Assembly: GCA_947085265.1 (NCBI GenBank)
Contig: CAMTVR010000012.1
Coordinates: 252,053-316,052 of the forward strand
DNA length: 64,000 bases
Source of the DNA: an uncultured Bacillus sp.
Lineage (GTDB): Bacteria; Bacillota; Bacilli; ZCTH02-B2
Direction: 5' to 3'
The position numbers were made by a program, and so were the translations under genes. The notes beneath the pieces are model-generated. The model was not told the DNA's origin. It was given only the letters and a program-made list of their open reading frames with translations, and searched no databases. This document shows, in pieces, positions 19,098-27,982 of this stretch. Numbering within the stretch: position 1 is the stretch's first letter; each line of letters begins with the position of its first letter.

Positions 19098-19136
19098 GTC
19101 CATTCCTCCATCCTGAACAATGTCCAAACGGGATAA

Positions 19137-19165
19137 ATTTTACCAATTGGCAATTGAAGTTGCAA
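19137..19165 (-). promoter_or_regulatory. Putative ndk promoter (extended -10)
   Basis: Minus strand reads TTGCAA, 17 nt (ending in TGg), TAAAAT. Confidence 0.55.
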
Positions 19166-19170
19166 GAAAA

Positions 19171-20181
19171 TCAGTACCGACGCCTGGCAATCGCGTCAGC
19201 TACATGAATCAAGCGCTCTCTTTCATGGGATGGCGGAAAACTGCTGAGGGCCTGTTTCGCCTTGGTTAAATAACGATCTGCCAAATTTTGCGCATACTGA
19301 ATACCGCCGGCATCATAGACGATTTGAATCAAACGCCCGGTTAGATGATCTAGCTGATGGGTCTTTTCACAACCGCTTTGCGAAGGTGATGTAATCTCTT
19401 GTATCTGTTGAATGAGAGGCATTAAGAGCGTTCGCCACTCCGACAGATTAAGGGCATAAATGACCGGGAGTGTGAAGTTTCCCTGACGAACATCACTGCC
19501 ATGCGGTTTGCCGGTGGTCTGTCGATCGCCAGTCAGATCTAACAAATCGTCTGTGATCTGGAACGCCATTCCAGCATAATAACCAAACAAGCAAAGCTTT
19601 TGAACATCACGGGCAGGAAGTTGGCTGACTTCAGCGCCAAGCTGACAACTGATGGAAATGAGCAACGCGGTTTTCCGCTTAATGCGGCGCAAATAATGGC
19701 GCAAGTGCTGGTTTACATTAAAAAAATCGCGAAGTTGATAAATTTCACCCAGGCCCATTTGAACCAGGGCCTGAGAGAGGATTTGATGTATACGCTTTTC
19801 TTTCAATTGGGCTATGTATTGAAGCGCCTGAGCCAGAATAAAGTCACCTGTATACAAAGCAATCTGGTTATCCCATTTCGCCCGCACAGTTGGCTGACCA
19901 CGCCGGAGATCGGCGTCGTCAATGATATCGTCGTGAACCAGCGTCGCCATGTGAATGAGCTCCAACGGAACGGCGACCAATTTAAGGTGTTCCAAACGAT
20001 AATTTCCCAGACAACCGCTGAGTAACACGAACAAGGGGCGAAGGCGCTTTCCACCGGCTTTTAGTAAATGCAGGGCAGGTTCTGTCAGGCTGGAGTTACT
20101 CCGGTTGATGGTATCGTACAGCTCCTCTTCAATCAGGAGCATGTCCTTTCGCATTTCCTGGTAAATTTCTTGCAAATCCAT
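19171..20181 (-). CDS. hepT: Heptaprenyl diphosphate synthase component II (trans-polyprenyl synthase)
   Basis: DDxxD motifs LVHDDIIDD and FQITDDLLD. Operon hepS-menG-hepT. Confidence 0.88.
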   Translation of the reverse strand: MDLQEIYQEMRKDMLLIEEELYDTINRSNSSLTEPALHLLKAGGKRLRPLFVLLSGCLGNYRLEHLKLVAVPLELIHMATLVHDDIIDDADLRRGQPTVRAKWDNQIALYTGDFILAQALQYIAQLKEKRIHQILSQALVQMGLGEIYQLRDFFNVNQHLRHYLRRIKRKTALLISISCQLGAEVSQLPARDVQKLCLFGYYAGMAFQITDDLLDLTGDRQTTGKPHGSDVRQGNFTLPVIYALNLSEWRTLLMPLIQQIQEITSPSQSGCEKTHQLDHLTGRLIQIVYDAGGIQYAQNLADRYLTKAKQALSSFPPSHERERLIHVADAIARRRY

Positions 20182-20195
20182 TCGTCCACCGACTT

Positions 20196-20948
20196 TCAGC
20201 GTTCAAGTTTCTTTCCAATGTGAAGTGCAGCAATCCCACCTGTCAGGGGATACACCTCCACCTGTTGACACCCGGCCTCTTTGAACCAATCAGCCAATTT
20301 TCGCCGTCCAGGAAATGATTTCAATGACTCCGGCAGCCACCGGTACTGATCATACTTTCCTGTAAACCATTTGGCGATGAGGGGCAGGATTCGTTGAAAA
20401 TAAAACCAATACACCCGGCGAAACACAGGCCAGGTAGGATGAGACAACTCGAGAGAGACCACTTGTCCGCCAGGTTTGGCCACGCGCACCATTTCTCTTA
20501 AAACTTGTTTTACGTCTGGAACATTCCGCAACGCAAACCCGATCGTCACCGCATCAAAGGAATGGTCGGGAAAAGGAAGATTCATGGCGTTGCCCTCAAC
20601 AAGGGTCACCTGATCAGAAAGACCATATTGCTCCAGTTTCTTCTTTCCGATCTCCAGCATCTTTGGGCTAAAATCCAGGCCAAATACCTGACCCGATTTG
20701 CCGACGGCTTGCGCCAGACTGATCGTCCAGTCACCCGTTCCACAACAGATATCGAGGGCTTTTTGCCCAGGTTCGAGGTTCATTTTTTTCATGGCAAATC
20801 GTCGCCAGTATTTATGCATGCGAAAACTGAGGACAGAATTCATCATGTCATATTTCGGCGCAATGCTTTCGAAAACTTGATAAACAAACTCTTCTTTTGA
20901 AAAGGAATAGGAGTTCCTGACCCGTTGATGATCCCTGTCCAGATTCAT
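20196..20948 (-). CDS. menG: Demethylmenaquinone methyltransferase
   Basis: UbiE/MenG signature (VFESIAPKYDMMNSVLSF, ALDICCGTGDW). Start ATG 20948 forms an ATGA overlap with the hepS stop. The longer ORF reaching 21095 is rejected. Confidence 0.88.
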   Translation of the reverse strand: MNLDRDHQRVRNSYSFSKEEFVYQVFESIAPKYDMMNSVLSFRMHKYWRRFAMKKMNLEPGQKALDICCGTGDWTISLAQAVGKSGQVFGLDFSPKMLEIGKKKLEQYGLSDQVTLVEGNAMNLPFPDHSFDAVTIGFALRNVPDVKQVLREMVRVAKPGGQVVSLELSHPTWPVFRRVYWFYFQRILPLIAKWFTGKYDQYRWLPESLKSFPGRRKLADWFKEAGCQQVEVYPLTGGIAALHIGKKLER

Positions 20949-21709
20949 CCTTGTACCTCCATCACAATGCTGGGCATTCGGCGACGAACATGAAGAAATC
21001 GTTCGCGAAGACAGTTGGCTATAACGACGTTTGTCGTCGCCCGTTGGATCAATTCGTCCACATCCTTTAGCCAGGATGCGAACATCACCTCCCATTCCGG
21101 ACGCAAAAAAAGATCTCTCTCTGTTCCGTTTAACTGTTCATATGCCTTTTCGCTCACGATCAGGCGTTCAATGAGTATTTTCCACCACTGTCCCCGTTCG
21201 GAATTTAAGAACGTGAAATTGGAATAAAGCGCGCTATGAAGGACAGTAAACTCTTGCAGGAATAGATGAAAATGATTTTGATTCCACCCTGACTGATATA
21301 AGCGCATTTTGGAGTGATTGATCTCGGAGATCGCCCGGGCGATAATCGGAATAACTTGGATGTCACCAGAACGGGCAAGCAACCAGTAAAACTTGCTGCT
21401 AAAAAAGTCGCCGGCGAGAATGGTAAGTTGCCGATTTCTTTTTTGCTCATCGTCAATCCTGTCGGTACAACGAATATTTTCATGAATGTCAAGACCTATT
21501 TGTGCGAGAGCGGTCGCCGTACACACCCGTTTGCGCTGTTCCTCGTTCCAACCGAGATCTTGGAGAAACCAGTTGAGTAATTCCAGCTTTTGGATGTCCA
21601 CTTGCGGATACTCCAGATCTTGTAAAAGAGCAGGTATCCCTATGACTTCTTTGATTTGCTGTTCAACAGCAAAGAGCACATCCTGTGCCTGTTCCATATT
21701 CTGCCCCAT
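20945..21709 (-). CDS. hepS: Heptaprenyl diphosphate synthase component I
   Basis: Size, helical composition and position upstream of menG-hepT fit HepS. Start ATG 21709 lies 6 nt after GGAGGT. Confidence 0.72.
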   Translation of the reverse strand: MGQNMEQAQDVLFAVEQQIKEVIGIPALLQDLEYPQVDIQKLELLNWFLQDLGWNEEQRKRVCTATALAQIGLDIHENIRCTDRIDDEQKRNRQLTILAGDFFSSKFYWLLARSGDIQVIPIIARAISEINHSKMRLYQSGWNQNHFHLFLQEFTVLHSALYSNFTFLNSERGQWWKILIERLIVSEKAYEQLNGTERDLFLRPEWEVMFASWLKDVDELIQRATTNVVIANCLRERFLHVRRRMPSIVMEVQG

Positions 21710-21814
21710 CTTGCGACCTCCAGAAATCGCCTTGTGCACATCGATTACCAGTAACCGTGTACCAGTATATCATACTTTTATGATCAATCACACATGAACT
21801 TGATTCTTCGCTCT

Positions 21815-22345
21815 CTAATACTGAGTTGATTCAGAGAAACGGTGATACCAAGCATTCGTTTTAGATAATTGAAAGAGATGAGACATGTACAGATCCAAAT
21901 CCAGCTGCTGAGGATTGCTCATTCGCGGATCCTTTGCCAGATCAGTCCGCTGGGCGACGAATGAGGCCAAAAGCAAAGGCGGGGCATCGTTTTGTTCTAG
22001 GAGAACGCGAATCAGGAGCTCCTCCACATTGGATGTGCCAACCAATGCATGAGCGGTGAGTTGATACAGCGCGCGATAGATATCATCCGAATCGATGGAA
22101 GCATGGTTTTCAACTAACAAATCGATTGCTAATGCCTTTTCCTGCAAGGCCACACGTTCAATCCGTGGATGAATCGGAACGCCAGCAATGAAATCCACCA
22201 AATTGCCTTTCTCAAGGGTAAAACCGGATCGATTGGCAAATACTTGCACTTCAGAAGAGAATTGGACCGCCGGAATGAGCGAAATCAACAAGGCAATCGC
22301 CAGAGACCCGCCGATTCCGGTTATCAGTCCTTTTGCGGCATTCAT
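21815..22345 (-). CDS. Hypothetical membrane-anchored protein (one N-terminal TM helix, ~145-aa soluble domain)
   Basis: 176-aa ORF with RBS AAAGGTGG. The N-terminus is MNAAKGLITGIGGSLAIALLISLIPAV. No family recognised. B. subtilis has no gene between mtrB and hepS. Confidence 0.6.
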   Translation of the reverse strand: MNAAKGLITGIGGSLAIALLISLIPAVQFSSEVQVFANRSGFTLEKGNLVDFIAGVPIHPRIERVALQEKALAIDLLVENHASIDSDDIYRALYQLTAHALVGTSNVEELLIRVLLEQNDAPPLLLASFVAQRTDLAKDPRMSNPQQLDLDLYMSHLFQLSKTNAWYHRFSESTQY

Positions 22346-22396
22346 CGGGCGCCACCTTTCTTTTTTCTTTACTTTGGTATCTTAATTCATTCATAC

Positions 22397-22425
22397 AAAA
22401 AAAAGAGGTGGACTATGCCATCTCT
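22397..22425 (-). terminator. Intrinsic terminator after mtrB
   Basis: Minus strand reads AGAGAUGG-cauagu-CCACCUCU (one A.C mismatch) followed by U8. Confidence 0.6.
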
Positions 22426-22455
22426 GAATTCCGCCAGATTATCCCGTTCTGCTGT

Positions 22456-22683
22456 TTATTTTTGACATGGATCTGTGTGAATCTCCCCATAACGAGAATA
22501 GATGGTTGCCTGACCCCGGATTTTAATGGCTGAGGTATGCTCGGTAAATTGGGCGATCATGACCTCTCCCTTATCCAATTTTTCTGTATGATGAAAACGC
22601 GTCGTCTCACCACGGGTCAATCCCATCACCTGCACACCGTTTTGTTCTGCCTTGATAATGACATAGTCGTTCATCTGATCCAT
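22456..22683 (-). CDS. mtrB: trp RNA-binding attenuation protein (TRAP)
   Basis: 75 aa. ...[50 protein letters not shown]... is near-identical in pattern to B. subtilis MtrB. Confidence 0.93.
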   Translation of the reverse strand: MDQMNDYVIIKAEQNGVQVMGLTRGETTRFHHTEKLDKGEVMIAQFTEHTSAIKIRGQATIYSRYGEIHTDPCQK

Positions 22684-22704
22684 TGGGTTTTCCTCCCTCG
22701 GTTT

Positions 22705-22735
22705 AAAAAAACCGCAACATGTACATGTTGCGGTT
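22705..22735 (-). terminator. Strong intrinsic terminator between tRNA-Pro and mtrB
   Basis: Minus strand reads AACCGCAACAU-guac-AUGUUGCGGUU followed by UUUUU (11-bp perfect stem). It ends 21 nt before the mtrB ATG. Confidence 0.75.
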
Positions 22736-22756
22736 CCTGTCAGATGGTATATGTAC

Positions 22757-22833
22757 TGGTCGGAACGACAGGATTTGAACCTGCGACCTCACCCACCCCA
22801 AGGGTGCGCGCTACCAGGCTGCGCCACGTCCCG
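22757..22833 (-). tRNA. tRNA-Pro (anticodon GGG), CCA encoded
   Basis: I folded it by hand into a cloverleaf. Acceptor CGGGACG/CGUUCCG, D stem GCGC/GCGC, anticodon stem CACCC/GGGUG with loop UUGGGGU, and T arm GCAGG-UUCAAAU-CCUGU. The discriminator is A followed by CCA. Total length 77 nt. Confidence 0.9.
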
Positions 22834-22843
22834 ACACACCACA

Positions 22844-22872
22844 ATTATAATGAACGTGATAAATGATGTCAA
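22844..22872 (-). promoter_or_regulatory. Consensus sigma-A promoter driving tRNA-Pro
   Basis: Minus strand reads TTGACA, 17 nt, TATAAT. The -10 ends 10 nt before the mature tRNA 5' end, and the -35 begins 5 nt after the folE stop. Confidence 0.7.
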
Positions 22873-22877
22873 GGATA

Positions 22878-23441
22878 TCAAGACCGGATCAACTGAAACG
22901 CCTCTGCCCGGGCCATCGGATCGGTCGCAAAAATGCCGCGTACTGCCGAAGTAACTGTCTTCGCTCCCGGCTTCTTGACACCCCGCATGGTCATACACAT
23001 GTGTTCCGCTTCAATGACGACAACCACGCCATGCGGCTCTAAAGCGTTCACAATTGCATCAGCTACCCTTGAGGTGATTCGCTCTTGGAGTTGTGGCCTT
23101 TTCGCAACAGCTTCAATGGCTCGAACCAGTTTGCTGAGACCGACGACACGCCCCTCCTTGGGAATGTAACCGACGTGGGCCATGCCATAAAACGGCACCA
23201 AGTGATGTTCGCATACGGAATAAAAGGGAATGTCCTTGACCAAAACTAACTCCTCGTGATCCTCACTGAAGATGACTTTAAAATATGCTTCCGGCTCTTC
23301 CTCCAGCCCAGAAAAAACCTCTGCGTACATTCTAGCAACACGTTCAGGCGTATCGAGTAGCCCTTCCCGATCTGGATCTTCGCCGATGGCTTCCAAAATC
23401 ATGCGGACCGCTTGTTTGATTCTCTGATGATCAACTGACAT
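22878..23441 (-). CDS. folE: GTP cyclohydrolase I
   Basis: ...PERVARMY..., VCEHHLVPF, and the C-terminal [18 protein letters not shown]. Start ATG 23441 follows the RBS TTGGAGGG. Confidence 0.93.
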   Translation of the reverse strand: MSVDHQRIKQAVRMILEAIGEDPDREGLLDTPERVARMYAEVFSGLEEEPEAYFKVIFSEDHEELVLVKDIPFYSVCEHHLVPFYGMAHVGYIPKEGRVVGLSKLVRAIEAVAKRPQLQERITSRVADAIVNALEPHGVVVVIEAEHMCMTMRGVKKPGAKTVTSAVRGIFATDPMARAEAFQLIRS

Positions 23442-23540
23442 TTTTTTCCCTCCAAGACATGAAAGAACGTTAGGATCTATCCTGATTGTCAAGGACGACT
23501 CTTTTCTTGAGGCTGGCTTTATCGTAACACAAGTAAACCG

Positions 23541-23575
23541 AAGAAAAAAGAAAAGGGCTGCGCCAAGACAGCCCT
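23541..23575 (-). terminator. Intrinsic terminator after hbs
   Basis: Minus strand reads AGGGCUG-ucuuggcg-CAGCCCU followed by UUUCUUUUUUCUU. Confidence 0.7.
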
Positions 23576-23596
23576 CAATAGTATGTATGGAAAATT

Positions 23597-23869
23597 TTAT
23601 TTTACTTCATCTTTTAAAGCCTTCCCAGGTTTAAAAGCAGGCACTCTGCTGGCTGCAATCTCGATTTCTGCCCCGGTTTGCGGGTTGCGACCTTTACGTG
23701 CCGCACGTTCCCGCACCTCAAAATTTCCAAAACCGATCAATTGAACCTTGTCTCCATTTTTCAGCGCCTGGGTAATCGCTTCAAAGACAGCATCTACCGC
23801 TTTGGCCGCATCCTTTTTGGAAAGACTGGTCATTTCCGCAACTTGCGAGATCAGTTCAGTCTTGTTCAT
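23597..23869 (-). CDS. hbs: DNA-binding protein HU
   Basis: [12 protein letters not shown]...[21 protein letters not shown]. 90 aa. Confidence 0.95.
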   Translation of the reverse strand: MNKTELISQVAEMTSLSKKDAAKAVDAVFEAITQALKNGDKVQLIGFGNFEVRERAARKGRNPQTGAEIEIAASRVPAFKPGKALKDEVK

Positions 23870-23960
23870 GTTCTCACCTCCTTACACTGTTGATTACGCG
23901 TTAATACTGGTCTTGACGCATTTTTTAAAAAGCATACCTTTTTCTTGGAAAGTCGATCCT

Positions 23961-23989
23961 ATCTTAATACACGGCCCATAAAAATTCAA
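23961..23989 (-). promoter_or_regulatory. Putative hbs promoter
   Basis: Minus strand reads TTGAAT, 17 nt, TAAGAT. Confidence 0.4.
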
Positions 23990-23999
23990 GATAAATAAC

Positions 24000-24024
24000 A
24001 AAAAAAGCACTCGCAAAGAGTGCT
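24000..24024 (-). terminator. Intrinsic terminator after spoIVA
   Basis: Minus strand reads AGCACUC-uuugc-GAGUGCU followed by UUUUUUGUU. Confidence 0.75.
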
Positions 24025-24044
24025 CCTGCTGTGGTGATTGCGAG

Positions 24045-25523
24045 TTATAAGATGATGGCAATCATCCCGCCTGACCCTTCGTTAACAATTTTTTCAAGCG
24101 TTTCTTGAAACTTATAGCGCGCGTACTCAGGCATCATGGATAATTTAGCTTGAATGCCCTCCTGGACGATGGAATGCAGCGAACGCCCAAACATGTCGGT
24201 CTCCCATACTTTGGACGGGTTTTCTTCAAAGTCTTGCAACAGATAACGAATCAATTCCTCGCTTTGTTTCTCCGTACCGATAATTGGCGAAAATTCTGAT
24301 TCCACGTTCACGCGGATCATATGGATGGCGGCTGCCGTGGCCTTCAGTTGCACGCCAAATCGCGAACCGTGGCGGATCAGCTTCGGTTCTTCCAGACGCA
24401 TCTCATCCAAAGAGGGCGGAACAATGCCATATCCGGTATTGCGTACCATTGCCAAACCATCTTTAATCTGATCATATTCCCGCTTTGCGATGGAAAAGTC
24501 CTGCATTAATTGCAATAAGTGATCCTTACCCTGAATTTCCACACCGACAATTTCCGTCAAGACCTGATCGTACAATTCATCAGGCGCGTACAGATCGATG
24601 TCAGCGATTCCTTGACCCATGTTGATTTCGGATAGAGAGGCTTTGACAATGAATTCGTATTCTGTAAATTTGCTGACGACACGATCCACATCCCTCAAGC
24701 GCTGAATATCTTCCACTGTTTCTCGAATTGCCGTTTCAAAATTTGTCCGCAGCCAATGGTCTTCCTTCAACACCATGACCCAGCTGGGCAGGTTGACGTT
24801 GACTTCATTGACCGGAAACTCGAACAACACTTCTCTGAACACGGCGAGAATGTCTTGTTCCGTCAATGTGGCGACGCTGAGGGCCAAAACAGGAACATCA
24901 TATTTTTCCGCCAGTTCCTCTCTTAATTCCTGGGTGTCAGGTTCATGGGGATGCGCCGAGTTGAGAATCACGATAAACGGTTTGCCTACTTCTTTCAGTT
25001 CTTGAACAATCTGTTCCTCTGCTTCCTCATAATCTTCACGCGGAATTTCGGTAATGGAGCCGTCCGTCGTCATGACGACTCCCAACGTAGAATGTTCTTG
25101 GATCACTTTTCGTGTTCCGATTTCTGCAGCCTCCTGAAAAGGAATCGCTTCCTCGAACCATGGTGTTTGAATCATTCTTGGACCAAGCTCATCTTCGTAC
25201 CCTTTGGCTCCTTTTACCGCATATCCGACACAGTCAACCAATCTCACATTGACAGATAAGCTTTCATCGACAAATATTTCCACCGCCTGGTTGGGAACAA
25301 ATTTCGGTTCCGTCGTCATGATCGTCCGACCAGCCGCGCTTTGCGGCAGTTCATCAATGGCCCGAACCCGTTCTGCTTCATTTTCAATATTTGGTATCAC
25401 CAATTGTTCCATGAATCTTTTGATAAAGGTCGATTTTCCAGTACGCACCGCACCGACGACCCCCAGATACACATCACCGTTGGTGCGCTCAGCAATATCC
25501 TTAAACAGGGCCAGTTTTTCCAC
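24045..25523 (-). CDS. spoIVA: Stage IV sporulation protein A (spore coat morphogenetic ATPase)
   Basis: 492 aa. Walker A GVVGAVRTGKSTFIKRFM. High overall similarity to B. subtilis SpoIVA, including the C-terminal ...GSGGMIAIIL. Confidence 0.96.
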   Translation of the reverse strand: MEKLALFKDIAERTNGDVYLGVVGAVRTGKSTFIKRFMEQLVIPNIENEAERVRAIDELPQSAAGRTIMTTEPKFVPNQAVEIFVDESLSVNVRLVDCVGYAVKGAKGYEDELGPRMIQTPWFEEAIPFQEAAEIGTRKVIQEHSTLGVVMTTDGSITEIPREDYEEAEEQIVQELKEVGKPFIVILNSAHPHEPDTQELREELAEKYDVPVLALSVATLTEQDILAVFREVLFEFPVNEVNVNLPSWVMVLKEDHWLRTNFETAIRETVEDIQRLRDVDRVVSKFTEYEFIVKASLSEINMGQGIADIDLYAPDELYDQVLTEIVGVEIQGKDHLLQLMQDFSIAKREYDQIKDGLAMVRNTGYGIVPPSLDEMRLEEPKLIRHGSRFGVQLKATAAAIHMIRVNVESEFSPIIGTEKQSEELIRYLLQDFEENPSKVWETDMFGRSLHSIVQEGIQAKLSMMPEYARYKFQETLEKIVNEGSGGMIAIIL

Positions 25524-25652
25524 GCAATTCCCTCCTTGCGGAATGAAAATGACAAGTTTTCAATCTGATGTTCGTACATTGGGACGGTATAAATATATGA
25601 CGATGTTTTTGAACTATGTCTAAAATCTTGCTTGGAAAACCCTTAACGAAAC

Positions 25653-25682
25653 AAAAAAACCATGTCCATTTGTAAGACATGG
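25653..25682 (-). terminator. Intrinsic terminator after the yphF-like gene
   Basis: Minus strand reads CCAUGUC-(9 nt)-GACAUGG followed by U7. Confidence 0.7.
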
Positions 25683-25704
25683 TGGTAGATGATGCCTTTC
25701 ACAG

Positions 25705-26451
25705 CTATTCCCCTGTATCGGACGTAGATTTTTGTGCAACGTTGAGCTGTGGAATCGGCTTCCCGTCGATCAGTCGATATGGAAAAGATTTCACAGGAAC
25801 AAAAAGGGATTCTTCAACCAGCAATTCTCGCAAATCCCGGTTTTTCCATTTCTCCGGATCGGTTTTTTGCAAATACATTGCAATGTCTTGCGCATAATCG
25901 ACACCAATATAACCCACTTGGTCCATGAAGAGCGGTAAATAATGATCGGTAAAGGGACTTTGGACAAGGATTTCATCCATCCCAAGCAGATCAAACTGGA
26001 CATTAAAAAATTGTGGAAAATAGCGGACTTCTGTCGCCGGCAGCCTGTGGTGATTGATCCAGTAAAGATCGGTTGCCCGCTGGACGTCAGCGACGATCTG
26101 TGCCGTTTGAATATCAAGAAGCCGGACTTTCGGATCAGTTTCCGGATCCACTAAAACATACTGATGCGTTCCTCCCTGCTCAAATGCATCACCCGGTATG
26201 TAAGGCAGGTATTTGGGAACCAGCTTTTTAAAGTCAATAGGATACTTTTCGTAAATGGGGGTTTCCGCTTCCCTGTTTTGAATCGGCAAAACCCCAGTCT
26301 GTTGACGATAAGCATCGACCGCCTCCTGCACCCATTGGACGCGCTCGGGAACAGGCATCTGATTTTCAACTCTCTTTTCCTGCGGATACATACAGCCGGT
26401 CATAAGGATCAGCAAAACCGAAACAAGTGTGATCAGTAATCCTTTTTTCAT
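25705..26451 (-). CDS. yphF: Lipoprotein, YphF-like
   Basis: Lipobox LILMTGC after the signal peptide MKKGLLITLVSVL. The 248-aa size and the position next to spoIVA match B. subtilis yphF. Confidence 0.6.
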   Translation of the reverse strand: MKKGLLITLVSVLLILMTGCMYPQEKRVENQMPVPERVQWVQEAVDAYRQQTGVLPIQNREAETPIYEKYPIDFKKLVPKYLPYIPGDAFEQGGTHQYVLVDPETDPKVRLLDIQTAQIVADVQRATDLYWINHHRLPATEVRYFPQFFNVQFDLLGMDEILVQSPFTDHYLPLFMDQVGYIGVDYAQDIAMYLQKTDPEKWKNRDLRELLVEESLFVPVKSFPYRLIDGKPIPQLNVAQKSTSDTGE

Positions 26452-26508
26452 CGACCAACGTCCCTTCGCGTAACCTTTCAGAACTGAGATGCTGTTTTTA
26501 TACGGAAG

Positions 26509-26679
26509 TTAGAGCAACGCGATGAGGGCAAAGAAAAATATCGGGGGGAGCAGTAAAAAAGCACAGATAGACATTAATGTACGCACCCAGCCCTTCTCTC
26601 GGCGGCGCGCAGATATAATCAGATAATTGGCGACAAACATCAAGGCAATCGCCAGCAATGCAAAGAACATCGAAATCAT
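26509..26679 (-). CDS. Small two-TM membrane protein (56 aa), YphE-like position; absent from the ORF track
   Basis: My translation is MISMFFALLAIALMFVANYLIISARRREKGWVRTLMSICAFLLLPPIFFFALIALL. The RBS TGAGGTG lies 8 nt upstream. I prefer this frame over the Cys-rich 70-aa track ORF 26498..26710. Confidence 0.45.
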   Translation of the reverse strand: MISMFFALLAIALMFVANYLIISARRREKGWVRTLMSICAFLLLPPIFFFALIALL

Positions 26680-26776
26680 CTGAAAGACACCTCAATATCT
26701 GTTCATCCACCGTTCATTATACCAATAACATCGGACAAGCAAAATATTTGAACCTAAGGGAATATACTCTGGAAAT

Positions 26777-26802
26777 AAAAAAAGAGGGATTTATGCTCCC
26801 TC
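26777..26802 (-). terminator. Intrinsic terminator after gpsA
   Basis: Minus strand reads GAGGGA-gcauaaa-UCCCUC followed by U7AUUU. Confidence 0.7.
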
Positions 26803-26882
26803 ATTCCATTGGTAAGTGACTGTATCCCGTCGTGGGTCTCTTTTATCATCAGTTTATGTGATTTTTGCGAAAAGGTGTGATC

Positions 26883-27899
26883 TCAATCTAATAACTCAAT
26901 TTCGTGTCGACGGAGACGTGTCATCAAGGATTCAACGGCTTCCCGGGGTGAACGTGACGCGAAAAGCACCTGGTGCAACTGATTTGTGATCGGCATCTCG
27001 ACGTGATATTCCTGAGCCAATTGATAAGCTGCTTGCGTCGTCTTGACACCTTCTGCTACCATTCCCAATTCATCCAAGACCTGCTGCAGGCTTTTTCCCT
27101 GCGCCAAAAGATAACCAGCCCGCCAGTTTCGGCTGAGCTTGCTTGTACATGTCACCACCAAATCTCCCACCCCGGCCAACCCGGAAAAGGTGCTTTGTGA
27201 GGCGCCCATCGCCACCCCGAGGCGCGTGATTTCAGCCAGACCCCTTGTGATCAGAGCCGCCTTGGCATTGTCCCCAAAAGCCAAGCCATCTGATAAACCA
27301 GCAGCAATCGCAATCACATTTTTCAGAGCGCCGCTGAGCTCAACACCAATCGGATCCAGATTGACATACACGCGAAAGAATGTGTTGATCAATAAGTCCT
27401 GTACCTTTTCGGCAACATGAACGTCCTCGCTGGCGACGACGACGGTGGTCGGCAATCGACGAGCCACTTCTTCAGCATGGCTGGGACCGGACAAAATCGC
27501 GATTGACTTTGTTTCGCCCAACTCTTCCCGCAGAACAATGGAGATTCGTTTGCGGCTGGGAAGCTCAAATCCTTTGACCGCATGAACTACGAGTGTATCG
27601 GGATGTAGATAAGGCGCCACATACTGGCTCACCGAACGGACCGATTGGGAAGGGACAACTAAAAAAACAGACTCAGCATTTTCAGTGGCTATCGCTATCT
27701 CATCGGTCGCTGTGATGCCTTGTGGCAAGTGAATTCCCGGCAAATACCGCTCATTCGTCCGCTGGCTGTTAATCTCTTCTACCCGCGTTTTGTCTCGCGC
27801 AAAAAGATAGACCTGATGTCCATTTGATGCTAGTACGGTAGACAAAGCGGTTCCCCAACTCCCGGCACCGATGATCGCGATTTTCCCCATTGGAGCCAC
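26883..27899 (-). CDS. gpsA: NAD(P)H-dependent glycerol-3-phosphate dehydrogenase
   Basis: IAIIGAGSWGTAL, and a typical GpsA core. Confidence 0.93.
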   Translation of the reverse strand: MAPMGKIAIIGAGSWGTALSTVLASNGHQVYLFARDKTRVEEINSQRTNERYLPGIHLPQGITATDEIAIATENAESVFLVVPSQSVRSVSQYVAPYLHPDTLVVHAVKGFELPSRKRISIVLREELGETKSIAILSGPSHAEEVARRLPTTVVVASEDVHVAEKVQDLLINTFFRVYVNLDPIGVELSGALKNVIAIAAGLSDGLAFGDNAKAALITRGLAEITRLGVAMGASQSTFSGLAGVGDLVVTCTSKLSRNWRAGYLLAQGKSLQQVLDELGMVAEGVKTTQAAYQLAQEYHVEMPITNQLHQVLFASRSPREAVESLMTRLRRHEIELLD

Positions 27900-27982
27900 C
27901 CCACTTTGCGATTCATAACTGCTCGTACAGATAACCGGAATCTATCTCATCAGCAGGAGCCTTTCACGTTGACGCTTGAACG

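Noticed and set aside
22537-22866. 109-aa plus-strand ORF (with further ORFs at 22751..22954 and 22789..22998)
   Set aside because: They run across the tRNA-Pro gene, its promoter and its terminator. The tRNA explains the sequence conservation.
23442-23540. TTGACA upstream of folE as a promoter, or the leader as a riboswitch
   Set aside because: There is no acceptable -10 element at 16-18 nt spacing. I recognise no riboswitch motif, so I left it unannotated.
26498-26710. 70-aa Cys-rich track ORF in the yphE slot
   Set aside because: It has no RBS and an implausible composition. The alternative frame 26509..26679 has an RBS and encodes a clean two-TM micro-protein.
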